DNA of 64,000 bases from an uncultured Oscillospiraceae bacterium (GCA_934655875.1 CAKUHB010000009.1:1-64000); one strand, 5' to 3'; numbered from the stretch's first letter, positions 25,978-38,816 are shown. The notes: generated by a model not told the origin, from the sequence alone. Translations and numbers: made by a program.

Positions 25978-28900
25978 ATGAAGAGAAGCAAACGTCTACT
26001 TTCCCTGCTGCTTTGTATCGTGATGCTCCTCGGCATGCTGCCCGTGTCGGTGCTGGCAGCGGAAAACGAAACGCCGGAGACGCTGAAGCGGTACACCGTG
26101 CTCGTGCTGGATACGTCGAACACGGCGAGCTTCACAGCCGACGGTAAGCCGATCTATACGGCGGATACCGCGGTCGAATACGTGAAAAAAGCGGCGAAAA
26201 AGTTCATTTCGTCGCTGGTCAACGCGGACGGGAGCAACTACGTCGCCGTTGTCTCCTTTAAGTCGACCGCTTCGGTGGTATCCGGCTTTACGGATGACAT
26301 ACAGGCGCTGCATGAAAAAGTGGAAGCGCTGACGGCCGATGAGGTCATCCGGGATATCTCCGCCGGACTGGAGAGCGCGGACACGCTGATCTCCGCGATT
26401 CCGGACGGCGAGAACGTGCGGAAGAATGTCGTGCTGTTCACCACCGGCATGACCAACCACGGCGATTACAGCTATTCCGGCAAGTATGACGATCAGACGG
26501 TCGGCAGCTCGTGGTACCGCACCGATACGGGTATCCGTCTGTATGCCTACGCGAACCACGCGATCGCCGCCGCCGAAGCGCTGAAGCAGAAGGCCACGCT
26601 CTACACCATCGGCCTTTTCCAGACCATGGACGGCATGCCCGAGCGGGGCAAGGATATTGTCGAGTTCTTCAAGCTGACGACAAAGGATCTGGCCACGTCG
26701 GAGGAGTATTACTATCCCGTCGACGATCCGGACGATCTGGAATTTACCTTCGGCGATGTGGCCGGAGATATTGTCAATAAGAAAAAAATCATAACAAGCA
26801 AATTCAAGTGGCACGGTTCGATCGCAAGCGGCAGAGATCAGGAGGGCACCTGCTACTACTCGGACGATTACTTCCTGGAGACCTCCACGATTGAAAACAC
26901 GCACCGCAGAACGATGTCGCTCGCCTTTGTGCTGTCAGGCTTTGCAAGCAAAGACGGCAGCACCGACTGGGATCAGGGTGTGGACGAGAACGGAGTCAGG
27001 AACAACGATAAAGACCCGAAATGGAAAAACGCAAAAAATCTGCTGTGTGGGATTGACGGTAGCGAGGACTATCCCGGTCTGGGTTTTGATGAGGAGACCT
27101 TCCAGGTCAATGACTTCTGGCTGCGCAAGCCGACCAGAGATTCTATCGGCGTGCTGGCCGCAAATAAGACGCTGCGCGACGGCAGCAGACTCGTCGCTCT
27201 GGCGATCCGCGGCGGCGGCTATGAGCAGGAATGGGCCAGCAACTTCACCATCGGTCTCTGGGACGAACACGAGGGCTTCGCCAAGGCGAAGCGGGATACG
27301 TTGAGCTTCCTCGACAGCTATCTGACCGAAATGCAGATCACGGGGCCGATCAAGCTCTGGATCGTCGGCTACAGCCGCTCGGGCGTTACCGCCAACATGG
27401 TCGGCGGCGCGCTTGACTCGGGATACCAGCTTGCAAACGGCGCGACCGTTGCATTTGACGACCTGTTCGTCTACGCCTTTGAGCCGCCGCAGGGCTCCAT
27501 GCGGGAGCAGGTGCGCGGAAATTATTCCAACATTCATAACATCGTAAACCCGAACGACCCCGTCGCAATGGTCGCACCGTCGGCGTGGAACTTTGCACGG
27601 TACAGCAACGATGCATGGATCCCCAGCGCCGCCGCTACCAAGGACTTTGCAAAATACCAGACCAACATGCTCCTGACGCTTGCCGACTTCGACGGCATGG
27701 AGTCGGTCGGTAAATTTTATAAAGTCCGGGAGCGTCTCCCGCTGACCCGCATCAAAGTAGACTGGAGTGCGATCCTGCCGTTCGGAGATCCGTTTATTTC
27801 AAGAGAGACTTATTATATTTCGACACACTCCGCACTTTCCACGCTCGTGGGCACTCTGGCAAATGACATTCTGGATTCCCGGGCGACCTATGTCGCAGAC
27901 TGGCAGGCCGGTGTCCGGACGATCATGTCGCTCGTCGAGGGCGGCGGCATTGCGGATATGTTCGGCGAGAGAATGTCTGCACAGGAGTTTTTCTCTGATT
28001 TCTTCAGCAAGCTGACGTTTGAACGCCTTCTGGAGATCCTCGACCCCGCATTCAGTCTGAATCCGTTCTATTCGTTTGCCGAACGTCAGAAGGACATTGA
28101 AAGGAATGTCAAGGCGTTCGTAGCGGAAGCACTGTCCAACTATGATTTCCTGGCAACTACCGAATGGATTCTTAATCTGACAGATGCTCTGAGCGATCTG
28201 ATCACGCGATTCCTGATTTTTGCAGCCAAAGACATCGTTCTGCACCAGAGCACCAGATTGCAGCTGGTCTGGGATCTGATCTACATGATCGTAGAGAAGA
28301 GCGCCGCCCAGCCCCATTTCCCGGATATCACGCTTGCTTGGATCATGTCGATGGACTCCTATTACGGCGCGGACGATATCACGAAGTCCAATCAGCTGAC
28401 GCGCGTCGTACATATCAACTGCCCGGTCGATATCAGCGTCTATGACAGCAGCGGTGCGCTCGTGGCGTCGATCGTCGGCGACGAGCCGCAGACTGTGGAC
28501 GGCAGCATGATCCCGGCGTTCATCAACACAGACGGCGAGAAGATCGTCATGCTCCCGCCGGATGAGACCTACGAGCTTCATGCCGACGCGACAGCCGACG
28601 GCAGCGTGAACCTTGCGATTCAGGAATATTATTTCAGCACCTCCTCCGTCAACCGTCTGCTGGACTATTTCAACATCCCCGTCCAGACGGGCGAGCAGAT
28701 CAAGGTGCTCCTGCCGGAGCTGACCGAGCAGGAAATGACGTTTGTTTCCCCGAGCGGCTCCTCCGCGCAGTATCAGGTGCTGCATAACGCCGCGGCGCTT
28801 GCGCCGTCGGACAGCTATACCGGCGAAGACGCCCAGCGCAGCTATGAGGTCACCGTCACCGTCGACGGTGAAAACGGTATGGTGAACGGCGGCGGCACGT

Positions 28901-29919
28901 TCGCGCACGGCACCTTTGCGCAGCTGGAAGCCTTCCCGGCCAACGGCGCAGCGTTCCTTGGCTGGTATCTGGGCGAGACGCTCGTCTCGACGGAGCTTAC
29001 CTACCGGTTTGCTGTGACCGAGGATCTGGCGTTTACCGCGAAGTTTGGTGACGCGGCAGAGCTTTATACGTTACAGGTCTCCGCAGGCATCGGCGGCAGC
29101 GTCAAAAATATAACGCTCCACGTCCCGGCGAATGTACGGGTCAACCTCGTCGCCGTCGCGGATGAAGGCTACACGTTCGCTTCGTGGCGAACCGATGCCG
29201 GTACGATTGAGAACGCAGGCGAAGCCGACACGTGGTTCACAATGCCGGCGCGCAGCGCGCACGTCTTTGCTTCCTTTACAAAGGACGGCGGCGGCGAACT
29301 CCCGAAGCCGCCGGTCACGCCGTCCAGCCCCAGCGGCACGCTGTCGCAGCCGGCGGGTGAGGAAGCCTGCCCCAGTCGGAGCTTTACAGATGTCGATACA
29401 AGCCTGTGGTATCACGAAGCGATTGACTATGTGCTGGAAAAAGGCTATATGAACGGAACCGGCCGGACGCTGTTTGAGCCGAACGGCAAGCTTACACGCG
29501 CCATGCTCGTGCAGATCCTCTACAATATGGAGGGCAAACCCGCTGTTACCGGGACTGTCAGCTTCAAGGATGTCCCGGACGGTGCCTGGTATCAGGACGC
29601 GCTGGCATGGGCCGCCGCGAACGAGATCGTTCTGGGCTACAGCGACGGCACATTCCACCCCGGTGATCCGATCAGCAGAGAGCAGCTTGCCGCGATCCTG
29701 TTCCGGTATCACGGCTATAAGGGCAGAGACATCTCGCACAGACAGAGCCTTGCATTCACGGATACAGAAGCCGTCTCGGCATGGGCGCAGGACGCCATGC
29801 AGTGGGCGGTCGCAGAAAAGATCGTCAACGGCAAGGGGCAGGGGCTCCTTGACCCGCATGGAAAAACCACCCGCGCACAGGCCGCGCAGATGCTGATGAA
29901 CTACCAGAAGAGCCTGTAA
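25978..29919 (+). CDS. Secreted cell-wall protein with a VWA-like N-terminal domain, a large central domain and three C-terminal SLH domains
   Basis: 1313 aa. It has a signal peptide (MKRSKRLLSLLLCIVMLLGMLPVSVLAAE) and a VWA-like domain (VLVLDTSNTASF…VAVVSFKST…). The central domain contains a GYSRSG nucleophile-elbow-like segment. Three S-layer-homology repeats close the protein (FTDVDTSLWYHEAIDYV…, FKDVPDGAWYQDALAWA…, FTDTEAVSAWAQDAMQWA…). Confidence 0.8.
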   Translation: MKRSKRLLSLLLCIVMLLGMLPVSVLAAENETPETLKRYTVLVLDTSNTASFTADGKPIYTADTAVEYVKKAAKKFISSLVNADGSNYVAVVSFKSTASVVSGFTDDIQALHEKVEALTADEVIRDISAGLESADTLISAIPDGENVRKNVVLFTTGMTNHGDYSYSGKYDDQTVGSSWYRTDTGIRLYAYANHAIAAAEALKQKATLYTIGLFQTMDGMPERGKDIVEFFKLTTKDLATSEEYYYPVDDPDDLEFTFGDVAGDIVNKKKIITSKFKWHGSIASGRDQEGTCYYSDDYFLETSTIENTHRRTMSLAFVLSGFASKDGSTDWDQGVDENGVRNNDKDPKWKNAKNLLCGIDGSEDYPGLGFDEETFQVNDFWLRKPTRDSIGVLAANKTLRDGSRLVALAIRGGGYEQEWASNFTIGLWDEHEGFAKAKRDTLSFLDSYLTEMQITGPIKLWIVGYSRSGVTANMVGGALDSGYQLANGATVAFDDLFVYAFEPPQGSMREQVRGNYSNIHNIVNPNDPVAMVAPSAWNFARYSNDAWIPSAAATKDFAKYQTNMLLTLADFDGMESVGKFYKVRERLPLTRIKVDWSAILPFGDPFISRETYYISTHSALSTLVGTLANDILDSRATYVADWQAGVRTIMSLVEGGGIADMFGERMSAQEFFSDFFSKLTFERLLEILDPAFSLNPFYSFAERQKDIERNVKAFVAEALSNYDFLATTEWILNLTDALSDLITRFLIFAAKDIVLHQSTRLQLVWDLIYMIVEKSAAQPHFPDITLAWIMSMDSYYGADDITKSNQLTRVVHINCPVDISVYDSSGALVASIVGDEPQTVDGSMIPAFINTDGEKIVMLPPDETYELHADATADGSVNLAIQEYYFSTSSVNRLLDYFNIPVQTGEQIKVLLPELTEQEMTFVSPSGSSAQYQVLHNAAALAPSDSYTGEDAQRSYEVTVTVDGENGMVNGGGTFAHGTFAQLEAFPANGAAFLGWYLGETLVSTELTYRFAVTEDLAFTAKFGDAAELYTLQVSAGIGGSVKNITLHVPANVRVNLVAVADEGYTFASWRTDAGTIENAGEADTWFTMPARSAHVFASFTKDGGGELPKPPVTPSSPSGTLSQPAGEEACPSRSFTDVDTSLWYHEAIDYVLEKGYMNGTGRTLFEPNGKLTRAMLVQILYNMEGKPAVTGTVSFKDVPDGAWYQDALAWAAANEIVLGYSDGTFHPGDPISREQLAAILFRYHGYKGRDISHRQSLAFTDTEAVSAWAQDAMQWAVAEKIVNGKGQGLLDPHGKTTRAQAAQMLMNYQKSL

Positions 29920-29936
29920 TATCCATAACAGCAGCA

Positions 29937-29975
29937 AAGCGCCCGGGCACAATGTGCCCGGGCGCTTGTTTGTCA
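29937..29975. terminator. Bidirectional rho-independent terminator between the SLH gene and the convergent TfoX-like gene
   Basis: The hairpin aagcgcccgggcac-aat-gtgcccgggcgctt is flanked by an A-tract on its left and TGTTTGTC on its right. Confidence 0.65.
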
Positions 29976-30080
29976 AAGGTTCTCCTGCGTCAGTGCGTCA
30001 AGCAGGGTCATGCCGCGACAGACGCTCCCGCGCGGCCGCCAGCATGCGTGTAAACTGCAACTTCTGCTCCATGGCGACCC

Positions 30081-30416
30081 TCAGAGCGAACACACGTCCG
30101 GCTGCCGCCTGCGCTTCGGTGCTAGCAGCTCGGGCTCCATCGCCTGTATCAGATCGGTCAGAAATTCCTTCCGGTCGACCTCCTCGACGAGCAGCATCGG
30201 CTTTGCGCCTGCATACGGCAGCTCGCGCGGCGCGTCCGGCATTCTGTCCATGGCTGCCTTTACCGGCTTTACCAGCAGCCGGTCATCGTAGATCCCACCG
30301 AAGAGCTTTCCCCGGTAATACAGAAGATACTCCCCCATCATGGGCTGATAGCGCACGCCGTCCAGCCCGGACAGCTGCTCAAGAATAAACTCCAGATACG
30401 CCTCCCGTGATGCCAT
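30081..30416 (-). CDS. TfoX N-terminal-domain family protein
   Basis: 111 aa. The segment …VRYQPMMGEYLLYYRGKLFGGIYDDRLLVKP… matches the TfoX_N fold motif (MFGgyglY..g.mFa.i.dd.LylK). Confidence 0.55.
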   Translation of the reverse strand: MASREAYLEFILEQLSGLDGVRYQPMMGEYLLYYRGKLFGGIYDDRLLVKPVKAAMDRMPDAPRELPYAGAKPMLLVEEVDRKEFLTDLIQAMEPELLAPKRRRQPDVCSL

Positions 30417-30464
30417 GACTGCTTCCTCCCTCTTCGTTTTTATATTCTGATGTACAGGTGTCCG

Positions 30465-31394
30465 TCATTTCCGATTCCCGCCCGCTTCTATGATCATCGC
30501 TTCCAGCTCCTTTGCGGCGACGCTGAGGGGCTGGTCTTTTCGTTTGACGAGACAGACGCTGCGCAGCGGGAGCGGATCGGCGAGGTCGATCACGCGCACG
30601 TTGTCGGACGGACGGATAAAATCCCGCGGGACAATGCCGACGCCAAGGCCGGATTCGACCATCGGCAGGATCTGGTCGGCGGTGAACGCTTCAATATCCG
30701 GGCGGAACGGCAGGCCGTGGGCGGCAAAGAAGCCAGTATAGAGCGCATAGGACTGTGTGTCCGCGCCAAGCGTGATGAGCGGATGGCGGCGCAGCTCGTC
30801 CAGCGTGACCTTGCGCCCCAGAAGATCCCCGAACGCCGGCGCGCAGACCGCGACCTCCTGGATCTGCCGGATATTGATTTGCACATAGGCAGCCGCGCGC
30901 AGCACCGGCGTTGTGACCACGGCAAAATCGGCGGTCGTCCCGCGCAGGGCGGCGATGGCCTGCGGGGTCGAGTAATTGCTGATGCGCAGGCGCACGCCCG
31001 GATAGCGCGCGCGGAACGACTCCAATACCGGCAGGAGCAGGCAGCGCAGCGCGCCCTCGCTCGCGGCAAGAAACACCGTGCCGGTCTGCAAAGACCGGCT
31101 CTGCGCCAGCTCCGCTTCTCCGGCTTCGAGCTGCTCGACGGCAATTCTGACGTGCCGGTAGAGCTGCTCGCCCTCCGGCGTCAGCTTCATGCCGCGGTTC
31201 GTCCGGGAAAAGAGCGTACAGCCCAGCTCTGCTTCGAGATTTTTGATCGAACGCGTCAGGTTCGGCTGATTATTGACCAGCTCTCTTGCCGCCTGCGAGA
31301 GATTCCCGCACTTCGCAACATAATAGAAAATCCTGTAATACTCATAATTTACGTCCATGTGTGTCTCCTCCGGTATATCAAACGCATATGCCAA
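30465..31394 (-). CDS. LysR-family transcriptional regulator
   Basis: 309 aa with the N-terminal HTH YYRIFYYVAKCGNLSQAARELVNNQPNLTRSIKNLEAELGCTLFSR and a C-terminal substrate-binding fold. It is divergent from the atp operon. Confidence 0.85.
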   Translation of the reverse strand: MAYAFDIPEETHMDVNYEYYRIFYYVAKCGNLSQAARELVNNQPNLTRSIKNLEAELGCTLFSRTNRGMKLTPEGEQLYRHVRIAVEQLEAGEAELAQSRSLQTGTVFLAASEGALRCLLLPVLESFRARYPGVRLRISNYSTPQAIAALRGTTADFAVVTTPVLRAAAYVQINIRQIQEVAVCAPAFGDLLGRKVTLDELRRHPLITLGADTQSYALYTGFFAAHGLPFRPDIEAFTADQILPMVESGLGVGIVPRDFIRPSDNVRVIDLADPLPLRSVCLVKRKDQPLSVAAKELEAMIIEAGGNRK

Positions 31395-31411
31395 CCATAT
31401 TTATTTCGGAT

Positions 31412-31440
31412 TTTACACATATTTGTATGCGCATTATAAT
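31412..31440 (+). promoter_or_regulatory. Putative atp operon promoter (-35 TTTACA, 17 bp, -10 TATAAT)
   Basis: Read from the sequence, about 60 nt upstream of the small membrane-protein gene. Confidence 0.4.
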
Positions 31441-31501
31441 ATGGGCGCTTCGGGAAGTCAAGACAGCGTTCAACTGCTTTCCGAAAGAAAGGGAAACCAA
31501 A

Positions 31502-31768
31502 ATGGCACTTACAATAGAGGCGCTGGCCGCAGCCGTCATCGATCTTGTCCTGCTTCGCGTCATGCTCCGTCTGGAAAATGAACCGGGCGCAGATCACCCG
31601 AAGGAGCGGCGCTGGATGCTGGCCGCGGGCGTTTTACTTCTCGTGGGCTGCATCGCGGAGATCGCACTGCGCGGCGCGCACATCATGCAGATCCTGCTGG
31701 GGATCGGCTTCAATCTCGCGTTTGTCACCTACTTTTTCAGCTTCCGCGCCGCTGAACAGGAAGCCTGA
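31502..31768 (+). CDS. Small two-TM membrane protein at the head of the atp operon (AtpZ/AtpI-like)
   Basis: 88-aa frame beginning MALTIEALAAAVIDLVLL, about 10 nt after AAGGGAAACC. It has two hydrophobic helices. Its position is equivalent to atpI/atpZ in Firmicutes atp operons. Confidence 0.4.
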   Translation: MALTIEALAAAVIDLVLLRVMLRLENEPGADHPKERRWMLAAGVLLLVGCIAEIALRGAHIMQILLGIGFNLAFVTYFFSFRAAEQEA

Positions 31769-31806
31769 CCGGCGCACGGAAAGCTCCGGAGAAAAGGAGG
31801 ATCCAT

Positions 31807-32628
31807 ATGAGCAAAAAGCGTAAGATCCTTTCGCTTGTGGTTCTCGGCGTTCTGCTGCTCGCTTCGCTGGCGCTCAGTCTGCTGTGCGGCAGGAGCGGCG
31901 CGAAGGAATCGCTGCAAACGATCATGCGGGACGCAGTTCTGCATGAGGACAATAAAATCAGCCTGTTCGGGCTGATGGACGTGAATCCGGCCGTCGTTTC
32001 CGGATTGATCGTCACGGGCGTGCTGCTGGTTCTGGCAGCGCTGGCGCGGCTCTTTGTGATCCCGCGATTTCAGTATAAGCCCGGAAAGCTTCAGCTGCTA
32101 TTAGAGGAGCTTGTGACGTTCTTCCGGAACCTTGCACAGACGAACAGCCCGCACCGCAATGGATTTCTGGGCGCGTATCTGTTCGGCGCGGGCGTCTATG
32201 TATTCTTCGGTACGCTCTTTGAGCTGTTCGGCCTGCAGGCCGTGACGACGGCCGGCGGCTCCATTTCCCTTCCCGCGCCGCTGTCGGATATCAACGCAGC
32301 CGTCAGTGTCGGCTGCATGTCCTATCTTGTGATCCTTGGCGGCGGCATCGCGGCAAATAAGCTCCGGGGCGCTGCCAACACGCTCAAGGATTTCTCACTT
32401 CCCATCTCCATGAGCTTCCGTCTGTTCGGCGCGCTGCTGAGCGGTCTGCTTGTCACGGAGCTTGTTTATTATTCGCTCAGCCTGAGCTTCGTGCTGCCGG
32501 TGTTCGTGGGCGTCATGTTCACGCTCCTGCACGCGCTCATCCAGACGTATGTCCTGACGACGCTCGTGTCGATCTTCTACGGTGAGGTCACGGAGCCGCA
32601 TATCAAAAAAGCCAAGCAGAACGCTTGA
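31807..32628 (+). CDS. atpB: F0F1 ATP synthase subunit a
   Basis: 273 aa, polytopic, with the conserved arginine motif ISMSFRLFGALLSG. Confidence 0.9.
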   Translation: MSKKRKILSLVVLGVLLLASLALSLLCGRSGAKESLQTIMRDAVLHEDNKISLFGLMDVNPAVVSGLIVTGVLLVLAALARLFVIPRFQYKPGKLQLLLEELVTFFRNLAQTNSPHRNGFLGAYLFGAGVYVFFGTLFELFGLQAVTTAGGSISLPAPLSDINAAVSVGCMSYLVILGGGIAANKLRGAANTLKDFSLPISMSFRLFGALLSGLLVTELVYYSLSLSFVLPVFVGVMFTLLHALIQTYVLTTLVSIFYGEVTEPHIKKAKQNA

Positions 32629-32647
32629 CAGATGGAGGAACGGAAAA

Positions 32648-33010
32648 ATGAAACTGACTGCAAAACGAATGGTATCCCTGATGCTTGTCATGCTGCTCGT
32701 CTGTGCGCTGCTCGCCGTATCGGCCAGCGCGGCAGATACCGCGGACACCGCACCTGCCGCAGAGGCCGCAGCTGCGGCTGAAAACTCGACCGGTGCAAAA
32801 GCGATCGCCGCAGCGATCGTTGTCGGTCTTGTTGCAACGGCCGGCGCACTTGGCATGGCCATCGCCATCGGCAAGAGCGCCGAGGGCATGTCCCGCCAGC
32901 CGGAGGCCTCCGGCAGCATCCGGTCCTCGATGATGCTGGGTCTGGTCTTTATTGAGACCGCCATCATTTATGCCCTGATCGTCGCCATTCTGATCATCTT
33001 CGTGCTGTAA
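32648..33010 (+). CDS. atpE: F0F1 ATP synthase subunit c with an N-terminal ~45-aa signal-like extension
   Basis: The core GAKAIAAAIVVGLVATAGALGMAIAIGKSAEGMSRQPEASG…GLVFIETAIIYALIVAILIIF is a typical c-subunit hairpin with the carboxylate in IETA. The ATG at 32648 follows GGAGGAACGG. The extension reads MKLTAKRMVSLMLVMLLVCALLAVSASAAD. Confidence 0.8.
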   Translation: MKLTAKRMVSLMLVMLLVCALLAVSASAADTADTAPAAEAAAAAENSTGAKAIAAAIVVGLVATAGALGMAIAIGKSAEGMSRQPEASGSIRSSMMLGLVFIETAIIYALIVAILIIFVL

Positions 33011-33022
33011 AGGAGAAATAGT

Positions 33023-33502
33023 ATGGGAGTACCGCTGAATATCGACTGGCAGCAGATCCTGCTGCACGCATTTAATCTGATCATCCTGACGGGCGGACTG
33101 TATTTCCTTCTGTATCAGCCCGTCACCGCATTTATGAAAAAACGGCAGGACTATTATGCCGGTCTGGAAGCTGACGCACAAGCAAAGCTGCGCGAAGCCG
33201 AGCAGAAGGTCCAGCAGGCCGACGCCCGTCTTTCCGGCATGCAGGCAGAAGCGGAGCAGCTGCGCGCGGACGCCATAAAGCAGGCCGACGCGGAAGCCGC
33301 CGCCCGTCTTGCAGGCGCGGAAGCGGAAAAGCAGAAGATCCTCGCCGCCGCAAAGGCGCAGGCCGCGCGGGAGAAGGACGCCATGCTGCGCGAAGCCAAC
33401 GAGCAGATCGGCGCGCTGGTCTCCAACGCGGTCGACAAGCTGGTCTCCGACGCGGACGATCCGTATGCAGACTTTCTGCACGCAGTCAAGCGGGGAGCAT
33501 AA
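33023..33502 (+). CDS. atpF: F0F1 ATP synthase subunit b
   Basis: 159 aa with an N-terminal TM helix followed by a long A/E/K/Q-rich helix. Confidence 0.8.
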   Translation: MGVPLNIDWQQILLHAFNLIILTGGLYFLLYQPVTAFMKKRQDYYAGLEADAQAKLREAEQKVQQADARLSGMQAEAEQLRADAIKQADAEAAARLAGAEAEKQKILAAAKAQAAREKDAMLREANEQIGALVSNAVDKLVSDADDPYADFLHAVKRGA

Positions 33503-33505
33503 CGC

Positions 33506-35271
33506 ATGAACGAGCAGAAGCTGCAGGCCCGCGTATACAGCCGCACCGCTCCGACCGAGGAGCAGCTTGCGCAGCTGCGCGACTTCCTGCATCAGAAATA
33601 CCAGCGTCCGGTCAGCCTGCATTGGGAGCGGGACGAGCGGATGAAGGACGGCTTCCGGCTGGAGCTTGGTGAGGGCAATCGCCGCGAGCTGGTCTATGAC
33701 TGGAGCAGCTCCGGCAAGAGCCGCCAGCTGAAGGATAAGATCGCCGCCGCCATCCGCAGCCGGAGCGACGTCATCCCGCTGCTCCGGAAAACGCTGGAGG
33801 AGTTCCGCCCGGAAGCAGCCGCAACCGAGATCGGCACCGTCCTCTCCTACGGCGACGGCATCGCCGAAGTCAGCGGTCTGCCGGGCGCGGAATACGGCGA
33901 GATCCTGATTTTTGAAAACGGCGTGTGCGGCATGGTGCTTGATCTGAAGGAGAAAAGCATCGGCTGCGTCGTTTTTGCAGGTGAAGCCGCCGTACAGGCT
34001 GGCAGTACCGTTCTGCGCAGCGGCAGATCTGCCGGTATCCCGGTCGGCGACGCGTTTCTCGGCCGCGTGATCGACCCGCTCGGCGCGCCGATCGACGGCA
34101 AGGGCGAGATCGCAGAGTCGGACTACTACCCCATCGAATCCCCTGCCCCCGGCATCATCGACCGGCAGCCGGTCGACAAGCCCATGCAGACGGGGCTTCT
34201 TGCCATCGATTCTATGTTCCCCATCGGCCGCGGCCAGCGCGAACTTATCATCGGCGACCGGCAGACCGGCAAGACAGCCATTGCGCTCGATACGATCCTC
34301 AACCAGAAGGATCAGAACGTCGTGTGCATCTATGTCGCCATCGGCCAGAAGGCGTCCTCCGTTGCGCAGCTCGTGCAGACGCTGCGGGCGCATGACGCGC
34401 TGCGCTATACCATCGTTCTGTGCGCGGCGGCCAGCGATTCCGCGCCGTTGCAGTACATCGCGCCCTATGCGGGCTGCGCGATGGGCGAATATTTCATGCA
34501 TCAGGGCCGCGACGTGCTGATCGTATATGACGATCTTTCCAAGCACGCGGTCGCGTACCGCGCATTGAGCCTGCTTCTAAAGCGTTCCCCAGGCCGTGAA
34601 GCCTATCCCGGCGACGTGTTTTACCTGCATTCGCGTCTTCTTGAGCGCGCAGCACATCTGGCCGACCACTTAGGCGGCGGCAGCATGACAGCGCTGCCGA
34701 TCGTCGAGACGCAGGCAGGCGACGTCTCCGCCTATATTCCGACCAACATCATCTCCATCACGGACGGCCAGATCTTTCTGGAGAGCAGCCTGTTCTTCGC
34801 GGGCCAGCGGCCTGCCGTCAACGTCGGTCTGTCTGTGTCCCGTGTCGGCGGGGCGGCGCAGACAAAGGCCATGAAAAAGGCCGCGGGCGCGATCCGTCTG
34901 GAGCTGGCGCAGTACCGCGAGATGGAGGTCTTCATGCAGTTCTCCAGCGATCTGGACGACGCGACGCGCCGCCAGCTTGCCTACGGACAAGGCCTCATGC
35001 AGCTGCTCCGGCAGGAGCAGTCCCACCCATATTCCCAGCACGCGCAGGTGCTTCTGCTTGTGAGCGCGCTCGGCCATGCCTTTCTGCCCGTGCCGCCTGC
35101 GCAGGTGCGCTCCGTCGCGCAGCGGATGCTCTCCTGTCTGGAGCAGGAGCTTTCCGCCCTTTGCAGCCGGATCGACACGACCGGCCAGCTGACAGACCGG
35201 GACTGCGCGCAGATCCTTGACGCTGCAAAGCGGTTTGTCTCGCAGCATCTGAACCTGGACGGTGAGCATAA

Positions 35272-35275
<4 letters not shown>
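33506..35275 (+). CDS. atpA: F0F1 ATP synthase alpha subunit with an N-terminal fused delta (OSCP) C-terminal-domain remnant
   Basis: 589 aa. Residues ~95-589 are canonical alpha, including the Walker A GDRQTGKT. Residues ~8-85 ([67 protein letters not shown]) align with the C-terminal domain of delta subunits (…VYS..PLSEQEL..L…G..V…G.R..DGSVSGQL). No separate atpH ORF lies between atpF and atpA. Confidence 0.85.
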
Positions 35276-37984
<2,709 letters not shown>

Positions 37985-37997
37985 CTTCGCTTCCTCC

Positions 37998-38050
37998 GCC
38001 GGTGTATGGGTGGTGAACCGGACCGCTTGTGCACCGGCAATCTTATTTTC
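37998..38050 (+). terminator. Possible, irregular terminator after atpC
   Basis: gccggtg…caccggc encloses an internal hairpin and is followed by aatcttattttctg. The structure is imperfect. Confidence 0.3.
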
Positions 38051-38816
38051 TGATATATTTATATCATTTTCGGTATATTGAAACAGGAATCGGCATTGTT
38101 CTTTTTTCCACGCCTGTGGTAAACTGAAAAAAAGAGAATACCGGGCAGCTCGCGCAAGCCATGCGCTTGCAGGTGGAATGGGGTGAGACGCCCCGCGAGT
38201 CGGTCACTGTGATACCTGCTTTGTCAGGATAAGTCAGGTCTTCCGAGAGCTGCCCCGTGCCTTGCCATGACCGGGGCCGAACCGTACAGCGCTTATCAGC
38301 AGGATAGGGGCTTTGTTTTCGTGCGGCCGGTGCAGGCAGCACGGTTTTTTGTTTGTACCCGCGGCAGCGGACAGTCCGCGGTGCAATACGGAAGTGTGTG
38401 CTTCCGCTTTTCCTCCGGCGGCCCAATCCGCCTTCCCTTCCTGCCGGGCGTCCGGATCTCCTACCGGGCGTCCGGCAATCCTATGCCCCCACCAAACACT
38501 CCCGCACCGATCAAACAGCCCCATCCCGAACACACCCGTGTTCGGGATGGATTTGCTCTTGGCAGGTCGTGATATATTAAACACCGCAACAGTTTCTCCC
38601 ATCTGCGACTATCTGAATAGAAGCATTTACAGCCAAGGAGGATCCGCAGATGGGCGGGCCGTATGGATCGCTCGACCATGTGGAGAAACCGGTTAGGGCG
38701 TGTATGGAAGCAGGAGAACTGATGTCCCGCGTGAGCTTATATATGATCGAACAATACGGCTGAGGGGCGCTCTGCGCCGGTTTTGGCACCGGGACGGCGC
38801 GCGGCGAATATGAAAA

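Noticed and set aside
30590-31144. 184-aa minus-strand ORF inside the LysR gene and similar Arg/Pro-rich frames across the window (for example 48222-50153, 38783-43114)
   Set aside because: They are alternative-frame artefacts of high-GC coding DNA, nested in or antisense to genes with clear family signatures.
38100-38640. Possibility that the structured spacer encodes SRP RNA, RNase P RNA, tmRNA or 6S RNA
   Set aside because: Several hallmark motifs were checked by eye and not found in either orientation: the SRP domain IV GGAAGCAGCC, the RNase P GGAAAGTCC(G/A)GGC, the tmRNA tag/3' GGTTCGA…CCA, and a purine-riboswitch-like core. It is left as an unassigned structured region.
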